Shown here: positions 26,702-35,551 of the stretch, piece by piece
Position numbering within the stretch: the first letter of the stretch is position 1
Layout: every line of letters begins with the position of its first letter
From: an uncultured Nitrospiraceae bacterium
Lineage (GTDB): Bacteria; Nitrospirota; Thermodesulfovibrionia; Thermodesulfovibrionales; SM23-35
Assembly (NCBI GenBank): GCA_964558725.1
Contig: CAZLFE010000001.1
Coordinates: forward strand, 45,999 to 87,411
Direction: 5' to 3'
DNA: 41,413 bases
Made by a program: the position numbers and the translations under genes
Notes under the pieces: generated by a model
The model's database searches: none
What the model saw: only the letters and a program-made list of their open reading frames with translations
What the model was told of the DNA's origin: nothing

Positions 26702-28237
26702 TTACTTTATCCTCTCTAACGTTCTTATCAGGGCCTCTGCTTTCTTAAGCGTTTCGTAATACTCCCTCTCAGGATCCGAGTCTGCAACAATCCCTGCACC
26801 TGCTTGGACATATGCCCTTTCCCCTTTAATAACAAATGTTCTGATTACAATATTCAAATCCATACACCCTGAAAAACTGATATACCCAATCGAGCCAGTA
26901 TAGGGTCCACGCCTAACAGGTTCGAGTTCATCTATGATCTCCATGCACCGTATCTTTGGAACACCAGTTATCGTACCTCCAGGGAATGCAGCTTTTATAG
27001 CATCGAAGCAGTCCTTTCCATCTGCGAGTCTCCCTCTCACATTCGATACAATATGGATCACATGCGAACAATCCTCGGTAATCAAGAGCTCATCAACTTT
27101 TACAGTGCCATAATCTGAGACCCTTCCAAGGTCATTCCTCTCAAGGTCCACCAGCATGATATGCTCCGCCCTCTCCTTCTCGTTTAAAAGGAGCTCCGCC
27201 CGCATAAACTCATCCTCTGTCCAGTCTCTTCCCCTCGGCCTTGTTCCTGCAATAGGTCTCGTCTCGATACTCCCATCGCTTACCCTCAGAAGCCTTTCGG
27301 GTGAAGAACTTACTATCTGGTAGTCCCCGAAATCCATGAAGGCTGCAAAGGGGGCAGGATTTATAGAGCTCAATGTCCTGTAAATGCTCCATTGGTTTAT
27401 ATCTCCAATATGTGCTGAAACCCTCTGCGAGAGGTTTGACTGGAAGATATCTCCTGCTGCTATATACTCCTTAGCCCTCCTGACAATATCCATATAATCA
27501 TTCTTCTTCATCTCATACATAATCTCTATTTTAGTAATCCCCCCTTGCTCCCCTTTAGTAAAGAGGGGTGTGGGGGGATTTGAGTGCTGAGTGACAAGTG
27601 ACAAGTTTTTGTCCTTATTTTTAACTTTTAACTTATAACTTATAACTTTTTTCAATATTTTCTTGATCTCATTTTCCGCTTCGTCATATTTCTCCGACCA
27701 ATCTGTCCAATCTTGCCCAGTATCTCTTGCGCCGGGGCAGACAATTATCCAGCATTTTTGTTCTTGATGATCAACGGCAACAAGCTTATCTATCATCAGA
27801 AAGTGTGCATCAGGTAGGTTGAGGTCATCTAAGGCAGCATTTGGTAGTTTTTCTAGGTACTGAACAAAATCATAACTCAGAATTCCCACAGCTCCTCCCT
27901 GAAAAGGTGGAAGGTGTTCTGAGGGCTTTTGCCTGTAAGAGCAAATAAGTTCTTTTAGTATGCTGAGGGGTTTGCCTGAGACCACTGTCTTTTCCCCCGA
28001 GGACTCGATTTCTATTAAGCCATTTTTTGTTTTAAATATTGAATAAGGATCATATCCTATGAAGGAGTAACGGGCAATTTTCATCGGACCCTTTATGCTT
28101 TCAAGGAGAAAGCTGTTTGGAGAGGCTAAGGATTCATATATTAAAAACGGCGCTAAGTACGGTATCTCCTCATGAAGAGGTGGAGGTTTCCCATTTTTTA
28201 CAAGCTCTAAAAAATCTCTCTTTGAAGGTGTAATCAT
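26702..28237 (-). CDS. Chorismate-utilising synthase component I (TrpE/PabB family) carrying an in-frame repeat insertion
   Basis: Motifs FLLESIKGPMKIARYS, GDIFQSNLSQR, TRPIAGTRPRG and GAGIVADSDPE. TrpE and PabB cannot be separated by eye. Confidence 0.85.
   Translation of the reverse strand: MITPSKRDFLELVKNGKPPPLHEEIPYLAPFLIYESLASPNSFLLESIKGPMKIARYSFIGYDPYSIFKTKNGLIEIESSGEKTVVSGKPLSILKELICSYRQKPSEHLPPFQGGAVGILSYDFVQYLEKLPNAALDDLNLPDAHFLMIDKLVAVDHQEQKCWIIVCPGARDTGQDWTDWSEKYDEAENEIKKILKKVISYKLKVKNKDKNLSLVTQHSNPPTPLFTKGEQGGITKIEIMYEMKKNDYMDIVRRAKEYIAAGDIFQSNLSQRVSAHIGDINQWSIYRTLSSINPAPFAAFMDFGDYQIVSSSPERLLRVSDGSIETRPIAGTRPRGRDWTEDEFMRAELLLNEKERAEHIMLVDLERNDLGRVSDYGTVKVDELLITEDCSHVIHIVSNVRGRLADGKDCFDAIKAAFPGGTITGVPKIRCMEIIDELEPVRRGPYTGSIGYISFSGCMDLNIVIRTFVIKGERAYVQAGAGIVADSDPEREYYETLKKAEALIRTLERIK
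27530..27649. repeat. Family A palindromic element plus short tandem-repeat tail, inserted in frame in the TrpE/PabB gene
   Basis: aatccccccttgctcccctttagtaaagaggggtgtggggggatt (27536-27580) is followed by gtgacaa x2 and aacttata x2. It is translated as ...KVISYKLKVKNKDKNLSLVTQHSNPPTPLFTKGEQGGITK... Confidence 0.65.
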
Positions 28238-28327
28238 TAGTTGTAAGCTATATCCTGAGCAGCTTGCCTAAACAAAATATCACATATACTATAATGTAAG
28301 CCTTGAACTTTTTTACAACCAAAGCAA

Positions 28328-28385
28328 TTTCAGGATTTGAGACCCTGAAACGATCCTAATATTCATCAGGGCAGGGTTCAGGGTT
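28328..28385. repeat. Palindromic element, family C (ctgaaa/tttcag type)
   Basis: tttcagg (28328-28334) pairs with cctgaaa (28344-28350). accctgaa (28342-28349) pairs with ttcagggt (28377-28384). Confidence 0.5.
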
Positions 28386-28455
28386 AAAATATACCTTTCA
28401 ACCGTCTGTATAATTTGATATATAGATTTTACAAAAGGATTGTTCTTCGTTTAAA

Positions 28456-29175
28456 TCAGGCAGTTAGGATTTCGAGGTTTATCAGCTCAAGAGCCTTCAG
28501 GGGATCTGCATGCTGGAGTATTCCTCTTCCTATGACAAGATAATCAGCACCCTCCCTTATGGCCTCTTTTGGAGTCATTGTCCTCTTCTGGTCATCGGGA
28601 GGGGTCCATGAGGGTCTGATACCGGGGGTTATAATTAGAAATCCGCTTCCACAAAGGGCTTTTATCATTGATGCCTCTTTTGCAGATGCTATAACACCAT
28701 CAAGACCAGCCTTCAGTGCAAGGGCGGCGAGGTTTTTTACATGAGTCCTCAGGCTATGCTGAATTCCGAGTTCATTCAAAAAAACTTCCTTCGAGATACT
28801 TGTGAGCACTGTAACGCCGAGGATCTTCGGCCTGTCAAGATTTTCTTTAAGACAAGCCTCCGCAACACTGTCCCTGCACTTTCTCATCATCTCTAATCCA
28901 CCCGACGTATGTACATTAAACATATGGACCCCGAGCTTTGTAACAACGACTGCTGACTTTGAAACCGTATTTGGTATGTCATGAAACTTGAGATCAAGGA
29001 AGACCTTTCTACCTTTTTTATTTATATCCTCAATAATCTTCGTGCCTGAAGATATGAAGAGCTCGGGACCTACCTTAAAGATTCCGATATAATCCTTAAA
29101 TCTCTCTACAAGTTCAATTGCTTGATAATGATCTGCAACATCGAGAGCAAGTATCAATTTCTCACTAGCAGGCAT
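28456..29175 (-). CDS. pyrF: Orotidine-5'-phosphate decarboxylase
   Basis: Motifs LILALDV and FLDLKFHDIPNTV; 239 aa. Confidence 0.9.
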   Translation of the reverse strand: MPASEKLILALDVADHYQAIELVERFKDYIGIFKVGPELFISSGTKIIEDINKKGRKVFLDLKFHDIPNTVSKSAVVVTKLGVHMFNVHTSGGLEMMRKCRDSVAEACLKENLDRPKILGVTVLTSISKEVFLNELGIQHSLRTHVKNLAALALKAGLDGVIASAKEASMIKALCGSGFLIITPGIRPSWTPPDDQKRTMTPKEAIREGADYLVIGRGILQHADPLKALELINLEILTA

Positions 29176-29184
29176 CTGTTCTTA

Positions 29185-29733
29185 TCACTCCATCTTAGCC
29201 AATGTTATTTTCTTCTGGGCTTGGTATTTCCCTGATTTATCAGCATAGGATGTTTCACAAACCTCAGAAGCCTCTAAGAAAAGGATCTGGGCTATTCCTT
29301 CGTTTGCATATATCTTTGTTTGAACAGGAGCTGTGTTCGATATCTCTATCGTCACATACCCTTCCCATTCAGGTTCAAGGGGCGTCACATTGATGATGAT
29401 ACCGCACCTCGCATACGTTGATTTTCCGAGACATATCGCAATGGTCTCTCTTGGTATCCTGAAATATTCAACGGATCGGCCGAGGACAAATGAGTTTGGA
29501 GGGATTACACATACATCTCCTTTGAAATCAACAAAGTTTTTCGGATCAAGTGTCTTCGGGTCAACAAGAGTATCATGCTTTGTGAATATCTTAAATTCGT
29601 CGGCAATCCTCATATCGTAACCATAGGAGCTCAAACCAAACGAGATAACCCCTTCCCTGACCTGTTTATCACTGAAGGGTTCTATCATCCCTTTTGCTGC
29701 CATTTCCCTTATCCAGCGGTCATTTTTCAACAT
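29185..29733 (-). CDS. dcd: dCTP deaminase
   Basis: 182 aa. N-terminus [11 protein letters not shown]...IEPF, with a dUTPase-like trimer fold pattern. It lies 9 nt upstream of pyrF. Confidence 0.88.
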   Translation of the reverse strand: MLKNDRWIREMAAKGMIEPFSDKQVREGVISFGLSSYGYDMRIADEFKIFTKHDTLVDPKTLDPKNFVDFKGDVCVIPPNSFVLGRSVEYFRIPRETIAICLGKSTYARCGIIINVTPLEPEWEGYVTIEISNTAPVQTKIYANEGIAQILFLEASEVCETSYADKSGKYQAQKKITLAKME

Positions 29734-29943
29734 CTTATACGCGTGTCCCCCTATGTTGATAGTTGTGCCTTTTTCTTGTTAGAAACTTTTATCCCGCAGT
29801 ATTATAGCAATTTTTGCTCCACCGTTGTCCATAAGATTTGTGAGAGTTTCCGACATTTTAAATGTATATGTTATCCGTTATTGTTGTCTTGACTATAATT
29901 AAAACTTTTTGTTAACGTAGTAAAATTTATTTTAGGAGATGTT

Positions 29944-30453
29944 ATGCAGAAGAAAAAACTTACTGGTAAAACCAAACAACCAAGGACAAAAAAAGTAATA
30001 ACAAAGACAGCAAAAACAAAAACAGCAAAGACAAAAACAGCAAAGACAAAAACAGTAAAACCAACAAAGACTAAAACAACCAAAGAACTTACTCTCAAAG
30101 AAAAGAAGATGCAGGAGATTAAGAAAATACTCATAGCCCAGAAAGAGGCACTCCTTGATGAAGCTGAGGAAGCTCTCAATAAACTTCCTGGGCAGACGGT
30201 ATTTCCAGATCTCGGTGATCAAGCAACAGCAGAAACAGAGAGAAGCTTCATGTTGAGATTAAGAGGAAGAGAGAGAAGACTTTTAAAGAAGATCGATGAG
30301 GCAATAGACAGGATAGAACAAGGTACATTCGGCATCTGCGATAGGTGCGGAAACGAAATAGATATAAGGAGACTCGAGGCAAGGCCTGTTACTACCATGT
30401 GCATAGAATGCAAAATACAGCAGGAAGAAGAAGAAAAATTAATGGAAATGTAG
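29944..30453 (+). CDS. DksA/TraR-family C4 zinc-finger protein with a Lys/Thr-rich N-terminal tail
   Basis: The zinc finger is CDRCGNEI...CIECK, preceded by a coiled coil. The N-terminus reads KTAKTKTAKTKTAKTKTVKPTKTKTTK. The SD is AGGAG with a 5-nt spacer. Confidence 0.8.
   Translation: MQKKKLTGKTKQPRTKKVITKTAKTKTAKTKTAKTKTVKPTKTKTTKELTLKEKKMQEIKKILIAQKEALLDEAEEALNKLPGQTVFPDLGDQATAETERSFMLRLRGRERRLLKKIDEAIDRIEQGTFGICDRCGNEIDIRRLEARPVTTMCIECKIQQEEEEKLMEM
30007..30066 (+). repeat. 15-nt coding tandem repeat, 3 good copies and 1 degenerate
   Basis: acagcaaaaacaaaa / acagcaaagacaaaa / acagcaaagacaaaa / acagtaaaaccaaca encodes (TAKTK)n. Confidence 0.85.
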
Positions 30454-30458
30454 CCTTA

Positions 30459-31259
30459 CTATTCTATCTTCAAGCCATACCTGTCTCTTAAAACATCACC
30501 CAGAGTATTAAAACAGAGAGCAGTAATAGCTATCATTACCCCGGGAAAGAGCACCATCCATGGAGCCGAAGAGATATACGATCTGTTTGCACTTACCATG
30601 CCTCCCCATGTTGCTGTTGGAGGCTGAGCTCCTAATCCTAGAAAACTCAACGACGCCTCTGTCAATATACAACCTCCAAGTTTTAACCCCATCATTACGA
30701 GTAACAGTGGAATGCATTGGGGCATGAGATGAACAAAAAGAATCCTTATCTGGCTGCATCCCAGGGCTCTTGCTGATTCTACAAAGGTGGTTTCTTTCAC
30801 CGTTAGTATGTGACCCCTTACAAGTCTGGCGAATGAGGCCCACCCAACTGCGGTAATTGCAATCATCACAGTATAAATGCCAGGTGGAAGTAAAATAGAG
30901 ATTCCTATAGCAAGGAGGAACACAGGAAAGGAGAGTATCAAGTCAACGAAGGCCATAATACCAGTATCAATCTTTCCTCCAAAATAGCCTGAACAGAGAC
31001 CCACAACCATTCCTATCCCCATAGACAGAAATGTAGCCATGATGGCTACGCTTATTGAAATCCTCCCCCCATAAAGAACCCTTGAAAGGATATCCCTGCC
31101 CTTACTGTCAGTTCCCAAAAGGTGTTGTGGACTCGGAGGCTCTTTTATGCTATCGAGGTCTATCTTATCAGGATCATAAGGGGATATAAAGGGTGCAGAA
31201 AAAGAAAGCGCCGTTATCAAAAACAATAAGGCTATAGAAACTTTACCTGCCTTTCTCAT
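30459..31259 (-). CDS. ABC transporter permease, OppC/DppC-like
   Basis: 266 aa, about 6 TM, with an EAA-like loop (ESARALGCSQIRILF). It overlaps the upstream permease gene by 17 nt. Confidence 0.85.
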   Translation of the reverse strand: MRKAGKVSIALLFLITALSFSAPFISPYDPDKIDLDSIKEPPSPQHLLGTDSKGRDILSRVLYGGRISISVAIMATFLSMGIGMVVGLCSGYFGGKIDTGIMAFVDLILSFPVFLLAIGISILLPPGIYTVMIAITAVGWASFARLVRGHILTVKETTFVESARALGCSQIRILFVHLMPQCIPLLLVMMGLKLGGCILTEASLSFLGLGAQPPTATWGGMVSANRSYISSAPWMVLFPGVMIAITALCFNTLGDVLRDRYGLKIE

Positions 31260-32175
31260 ACAACCTTATCCTTGGATCAAGATAATGATACAGGATATCA
31301 ACAAGGAGATTGACAAGAACAAAGATAACGGTACCGACAATGATGCATCCCATGATCACAGGATAATCCCTCTTCATTATCCCCTCCATGGTGAACCTTC
31401 CCATTCCATCCCATCCAAAGATCGTCTCCGTCAGGACTGCACCATTCAGATAACTTCCAAAATCAAGGCCGATGACAGTCACAAGAGGTATGAGTCCATT
31501 TTTAAACACATGGAGGAAATTTATTTTAAGCTCAGTTATACCTTTTGCCTTCGCAGTGGTGACAAAAGGCATATTGAAGATTTCCAAGAGTGTGCTCCTC
31601 GTGACCCTTGTCAGGGTCCCGAGAGCAGGGAGAGAAAGGGTTATAGAAGGGAGGATCAGAAATCTTAAGTCGCCTGTACCAGAAGGAGGAAAGAGTTTAA
31701 GCCAAAGACTGAAAAATAGCATGATCAGAAGTCCACTCCAGAAGACGGGAATGCTCAATCCTGCTACCGAGAGTGATGATATAACCCTGTCTGTAATCGT
31801 TCCCCTCTTACAAGCAGAAACAAAACCCCAAAAAAGACCACAGGGGATAGCAATAATCATAGCTCCCAGTGCAAGTTTCAGGGTATTTGGAAATTTTAAA
31901 AGGAGATCATCAAAGACCTTTCTGTTTGTATAGTATGAACGTCCGAATTCCCCTTTCATGAGCAGCTTTATATATCCGAAATACTGGATGAAAATATTTT
32001 TATCAGAACCTATTTCCTTTCTTATTTTCTCTATAACCTCAGGCTGTGCCCTCTCTCCTACCATGCTGAAGACCGGGTCGCCTGGCAGTGCCTTTGTAAG
32101 GGTGAAGGTAAGGGATGTAACACCAAGGAGGAGTGGAATAAGGAGAAGCAGTTTTTTAATCAGATAGATTTTCAT
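31243..32175 (-). CDS. ABC transporter permease, OppB/DppB-like
   Basis: 310 aa. N-terminus IKKLLLLIPLLLGVTSLTF..LPGDP, with an EAA loop (TAKAKGITELKI). Confidence 0.85.
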   Translation of the reverse strand: MKIYLIKKLLLLIPLLLGVTSLTFTLTKALPGDPVFSMVGERAQPEVIEKIRKEIGSDKNIFIQYFGYIKLLMKGEFGRSYYTNRKVFDDLLLKFPNTLKLALGAMIIAIPCGLFWGFVSACKRGTITDRVISSLSVAGLSIPVFWSGLLIMLFFSLWLKLFPPSGTGDLRFLILPSITLSLPALGTLTRVTRSTLLEIFNMPFVTTAKAKGITELKINFLHVFKNGLIPLVTVIGLDFGSYLNGAVLTETIFGWDGMGRFTMEGIMKRDYPVIMGCIIVGTVIFVLVNLLVDILYHYLDPRIRLYEKGR

Positions 32176-32461
32176 CGTATATCCAGCTTCTTTTGTTTAG
32201 ATAATTATGGACATTCACAAAGATCCCTTTTTTCTGTGCTATATTTTATCAATCATCCATAAAACCATCAATACATCAAATGCCCTATTGCTTACTCGTC
32301 TGAATAATCTGATATAATGAATGGAATTTATCAGGAGTAAATCCCGTTGGAATTGTACATGGGGCATTGAACCTCTTACACAAAAGTGGAAGCTTTCTTA
32401 ATTTATCAGCTCCAAGGCAAGCCATGGGGCATTCCTACGGGGTGAATAGAATCAGGTACTG

Positions 32462-33208
32462 ATGAACCTTATCATCTTAGGTAGCGGAACGTGTGTGCCT
32501 TCTTTAAAGAGAAATGCCCCGGGATACTATCTTGAGGTCCTCGACAAGAAAATCCTTATAGACTGTGGAAGCGGTATAATTTTGCAGCTTGAGAGAGCAG
32601 GGAAGAGCTACAAAGACATAGATGCTGTCTTCATTACCCATACCCACCCTGACCATATCTCAGATCTCATGCCCTTTATACATGCCCTTTTAGCTACGCC
32701 TGGTTTTAAAAGAGAAAAAGACCTGTTACTTGTCGGGCCCAGAGGTTTCAAGAAAATTTATGAATCCTGTATCAGCCGAGTTATGAAAAAGCCAAAGAGT
32801 TTTTTTATCGATGTAGTCAAGATTGAAGACAAGCTCGACCTGAGATATCTGCATGTGTTCTCAAAAAAGACAGTACATTCAGAAAACAGCATCGCCTATA
32901 GGTTTGAGGATGGAGAAAAATCTATTGTCATCTCTGGTGACTGTGATTATGACGAAGGAATAGTCGAACTCTCTAAGGATGCTGACCTCCTTATTATAGA
33001 CTGCTCTTTCCCTGATGCCATGAAGGCGCCGGGCCATTTAACCCCAAAAGAGTGTGGTCTTGTTGCAAAGAAGGCAAAGGTAAAAAAACTTATCCTTTCC
33101 CATCTCTATCCTGCTTCTTTTCCTGATGCTGAAAGGTTAGAAGAATGCAAGGTGGTATTTGACGGCGATGTATTACTGGCAGAGGATCTTATGGAGGTCA
33201 ACATCTGA
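32462..33208 (+). CDS. MBL-fold metallo-hydrolase (RNase Z/BN-like)
   Basis: THTHPDH motif, 248 aa, with downstream D and H metal ligands. Confidence 0.8.
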   Translation: MNLIILGSGTCVPSLKRNAPGYYLEVLDKKILIDCGSGIILQLERAGKSYKDIDAVFITHTHPDHISDLMPFIHALLATPGFKREKDLLLVGPRGFKKIYESCISRVMKKPKSFFIDVVKIEDKLDLRYLHVFSKKTVHSENSIAYRFEDGEKSIVISGDCDYDEGIVELSKDADLLIIDCSFPDAMKAPGHLTPKECGLVAKKAKVKKLILSHLYPASFPDAERLEECKVVFDGDVLLAEDLMEVNI

Positions 33209-33282
33209 TGAGGAATGAACCTCAAGTATCTTGTTATCCCTGCCGTTGGATTTGGTAAAAGAATGATATTTATGCGTAAGCC

Positions 33283-34311
33283 TTATTCTGAATCCAGGAG
33301 TTCCGTTGGAAAAGCTTCAAGAGTGAAACGTTCTCGATTGCGAATAATATCGATTGCTAAGGGAACTCCGACAGGATGACGGCCCAAGGCCAGTTGAATA
33401 TCATCAAGGGATGCAATTGAGGTAGTTCCCAGTTGTATTATGATGTCCCTGGGCTTTAACCCGGCATTCGCGGCTGCAGAGTCTGGCTGAACCTCGGTAA
33501 CCAATACACCAGTGGAACTCTTGATGCGGTAGCGAACAACCAGGCGACGATCTAATGTTGCCGTCTGCCCGGAAACACCAAGATAGGATCTCCGTACACG
33601 ACCTTCACGGATAAGCTGTGATGCAACCCACTTTGCAGTGTTTATGGGGATAGAAAAGCAGATCCCCTGCGAACCAGCAATAATCGCAGTATTGATGCCA
33701 ATCACGCGGCCACGAGAATCCACTAACGGGCCACCAGAGTTACCAGGGTTGAGCGCTGCGTCAGTCTGAATAACATTCTCAATTAACCTTCCCGTTTGTG
33801 CCCGAAGTGTTCGACCCAGCGCACTGATAACACCTGCTGTCACAGTTGTCTGAAATCCGAGGGGATTACCGATTGCAACTACGAGTTGACCTACTCTGAG
33901 CTGAGAAGAATCGCCCAGTTCGGCTGTTGGAAGGCCTGATTCCAGTATCGAAAGAACAGCCAGATCACTATGTGGATCATTGCCAACTATCCTAGCGGAA
34001 AAGTCCCGCCCATCCTGGAGACGGACCTCGATTCTCTCCGCAGATTGCACAACATGACTGTTCGTGAGTACATACCCATCCGGGGTAATTATTACGCCGC
34101 TTCCAACACCTCTAATTTCAGAAACACCACGCCGCTTCAGCTGTTCCGGTGCAGGCATAGCTAAGCCTACACTGACTACAGCTGGGCCGATGCGATCAAC
34201 AGATAGGATTACCGTCTGCGAGTAAGCATCCAGTATCTCTGCCTCAACAGTTCGAGCTTCGGCAGACCGTTTTAAACTACTGGAATCAGAACGAACCCGC
34301 TTCAATCTCAC
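33283..34311 (-). CDS. Trypsin-like serine protease with one PDZ domain (HtrA/DegP family, S1C)
   Basis: The triad contexts are TNSHVV, SDLAVL and GNSGGPL, with a C-terminal PDZ. GTG start. Local GC is about 52% against about 38-40% in the flanks, from hand counts of sample lines. Confidence 0.85.
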   Translation of the reverse strand: MRLKRVRSDSSSLKRSAEARTVEAEILDAYSQTVILSVDRIGPAVVSVGLAMPAPEQLKRRGVSEIRGVGSGVIITPDGYVLTNSHVVQSAERIEVRLQDGRDFSARIVGNDPHSDLAVLSILESGLPTAELGDSSQLRVGQLVVAIGNPLGFQTTVTAGVISALGRTLRAQTGRLIENVIQTDAALNPGNSGGPLVDSRGRVIGINTAIIAGSQGICFSIPINTAKWVASQLIREGRVRRSYLGVSGQTATLDRRLVVRYRIKSSTGVLVTEVQPDSAAANAGLKPRDIIIQLGTTSIASLDDIQLALGRHPVGVPLAIDIIRNRERFTLEAFPTELLDSE

Positions 34312-34359
34312 TTAATGATACCTCTTTTTAATTATAGCAAAGGTGGCACGCTCGATAAC

Positions 34360-34510
34360 ATTTTTGTCGTCATTCCTACCCCTCTTATCATTCCCATGAG
34401 CGGGAATCCAGGGGTAAACTCCAGCAGGAATCCAATATCTATAATTCACTATTTTCAAAGAGAAAAATCTGGATTCCCTCCGCCTAAGGCGGATTCGTGG
34501 GAATGACATT
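34360..34510. repeat. Cluster of attccc/gggaat hairpin elements (related to family B) plus a ttcactg x2 tail
   Basis: cattccc-atgagc-gggaatc lies at ~34389-34408. ggattccctccgcctaaggcggattcgtgggaatgaca lies at ~34470-34507. Confidence 0.55.
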
Positions 34511-34540
34511 CGCTATTCACTGTTCACTGACTACTGGTTT

Positions 34541-35548
34541 TTATGTGTAATACTCAGGTACCTTCACATTCCGTAAAAATTCTGCACTTATTTCAGGTAC
34601 CAGTGAATTCACATGCATACCTGTGCCAAGTTCAAAACCAGTGGTCATATCAACCCGTGGAACGATGCTCATGTACCAGTGGATAAATTCCGAGTTTGTA
34701 CTGCTTGGTCTCCCGGATCTTATGACATAATTGAAATCAGGACAATCTAAACCAACGTATAGCTTTGCCATGATTGATTTCAGATTTACTGATAGATCCT
34801 GCATCTCTTCCGGCCGTATGTCAGCAAAACAACCCGAATGCCTCTTAGGAAATACCCAGATATGAAATGCTGAAAGCGCAGCATAAGGAATGAAAGACAA
34901 AAAATGTTCTGTGTTAAAGAGAACCCTTACCCCATCATGTAATTCATCGTGTATCGTTTTACACATCAAACAATCGCCAGTATCATCGAAAAATTTCATG
35001 GAAGCCTCAAACCTTTCTCGAATCTGAAGAGGTGTTATGGGTAATCCTACTATCTGAGAAAGGGGATGTTCTATCGAAGTTCCTGCTGAAGGCCCATTAT
35101 TTTTGAAGATGATAACATACTCAACCCGTGGGTCTTTGTATATCTCTGTAAAACGGTCTTTATATGTCTGGACTACTCCCATCAATTGTTCAACAGACAT
35201 AGTCGCCGTTGTAAGGTTATGAATAGGGGTCTCAACAATGAGCTCATGGATGCCGATCCCATTAACACCTTTCTTTACTCCAATATCCCATCGTTTTCTT
35301 TCCCCTTCTTCTGAGAGTTTTGAAAATTTGTGCCTCACAACTCTTATGTTCCATCCATTATCACCATGAACTCTGAATACCTCCTCTGGCGTTTTTGACT
35401 CGTTGCCAGTGCAGAAGGGACATGTATCAAGAAAATCTGGGTGTCTTTTCTTTACTCTCCGTATAACGAAATCCTCGGGTTTTTTGCTTTTCTCTTTTGC
35501 AATGATTACCCATGCACGCGTTATTAAGTTCAATCGTATCTCAGTCAT
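34541..35548 (-). CDS. GalT-like (galactose-1-P uridylyltransferase / HIT superfamily branch III) protein with an atypical active site
   Basis: Motifs CPFCTGNE, FKNNGPSAGTSIEHPLSQI (against the canonical ..HPHGQ/HSHSQ) and FHIWVFPKRH. The ATG lies 3 nt after the ThiF-like stop. Confidence 0.8.
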   Translation of the reverse strand: MTEIRLNLITRAWVIIAKEKSKKPEDFVIRRVKKRHPDFLDTCPFCTGNESKTPEEVFRVHGDNGWNIRVVRHKFSKLSEEGERKRWDIGVKKGVNGIGIHELIVETPIHNLTTATMSVEQLMGVVQTYKDRFTEIYKDPRVEYVIIFKNNGPSAGTSIEHPLSQIVGLPITPLQIRERFEASMKFFDDTGDCLMCKTIHDELHDGVRVLFNTEHFLSFIPYAALSAFHIWVFPKRHSGCFADIRPEEMQDLSVNLKSIMAKLYVGLDCPDFNYVIRSGRPSSTNSEFIHWYMSIVPRVDMTTGFELGTGMHVNSLVPEISAEFLRNVKVPEYYT

Positions 35549-35551
35549 TTC

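Noticed and set aside
29871-30222. Two minus-strand ORFs (102 and 96 aa) rich in Phe/Cys/Val
   Set aside because: They are the reverse complement of the Lys/Thr tandem repeat at the start of the dksA-like gene. The plus-strand gene has an SD and a zinc-finger domain.
30508-31933. ORFs 30508-30843 (minus, out of frame), 31285-31668 and 31472-31933 (plus)
   Set aside because: They lie inside the two permease genes, whose TM and EAA-loop patterns identify the true frame.
34312-34509. Overlapping 65-aa (minus) and 63-aa (plus) ORFs
   Set aside because: Both are built from the attccc/gggaat hairpin repeat cluster. They mirror each other on opposite strands and neither has an SD.
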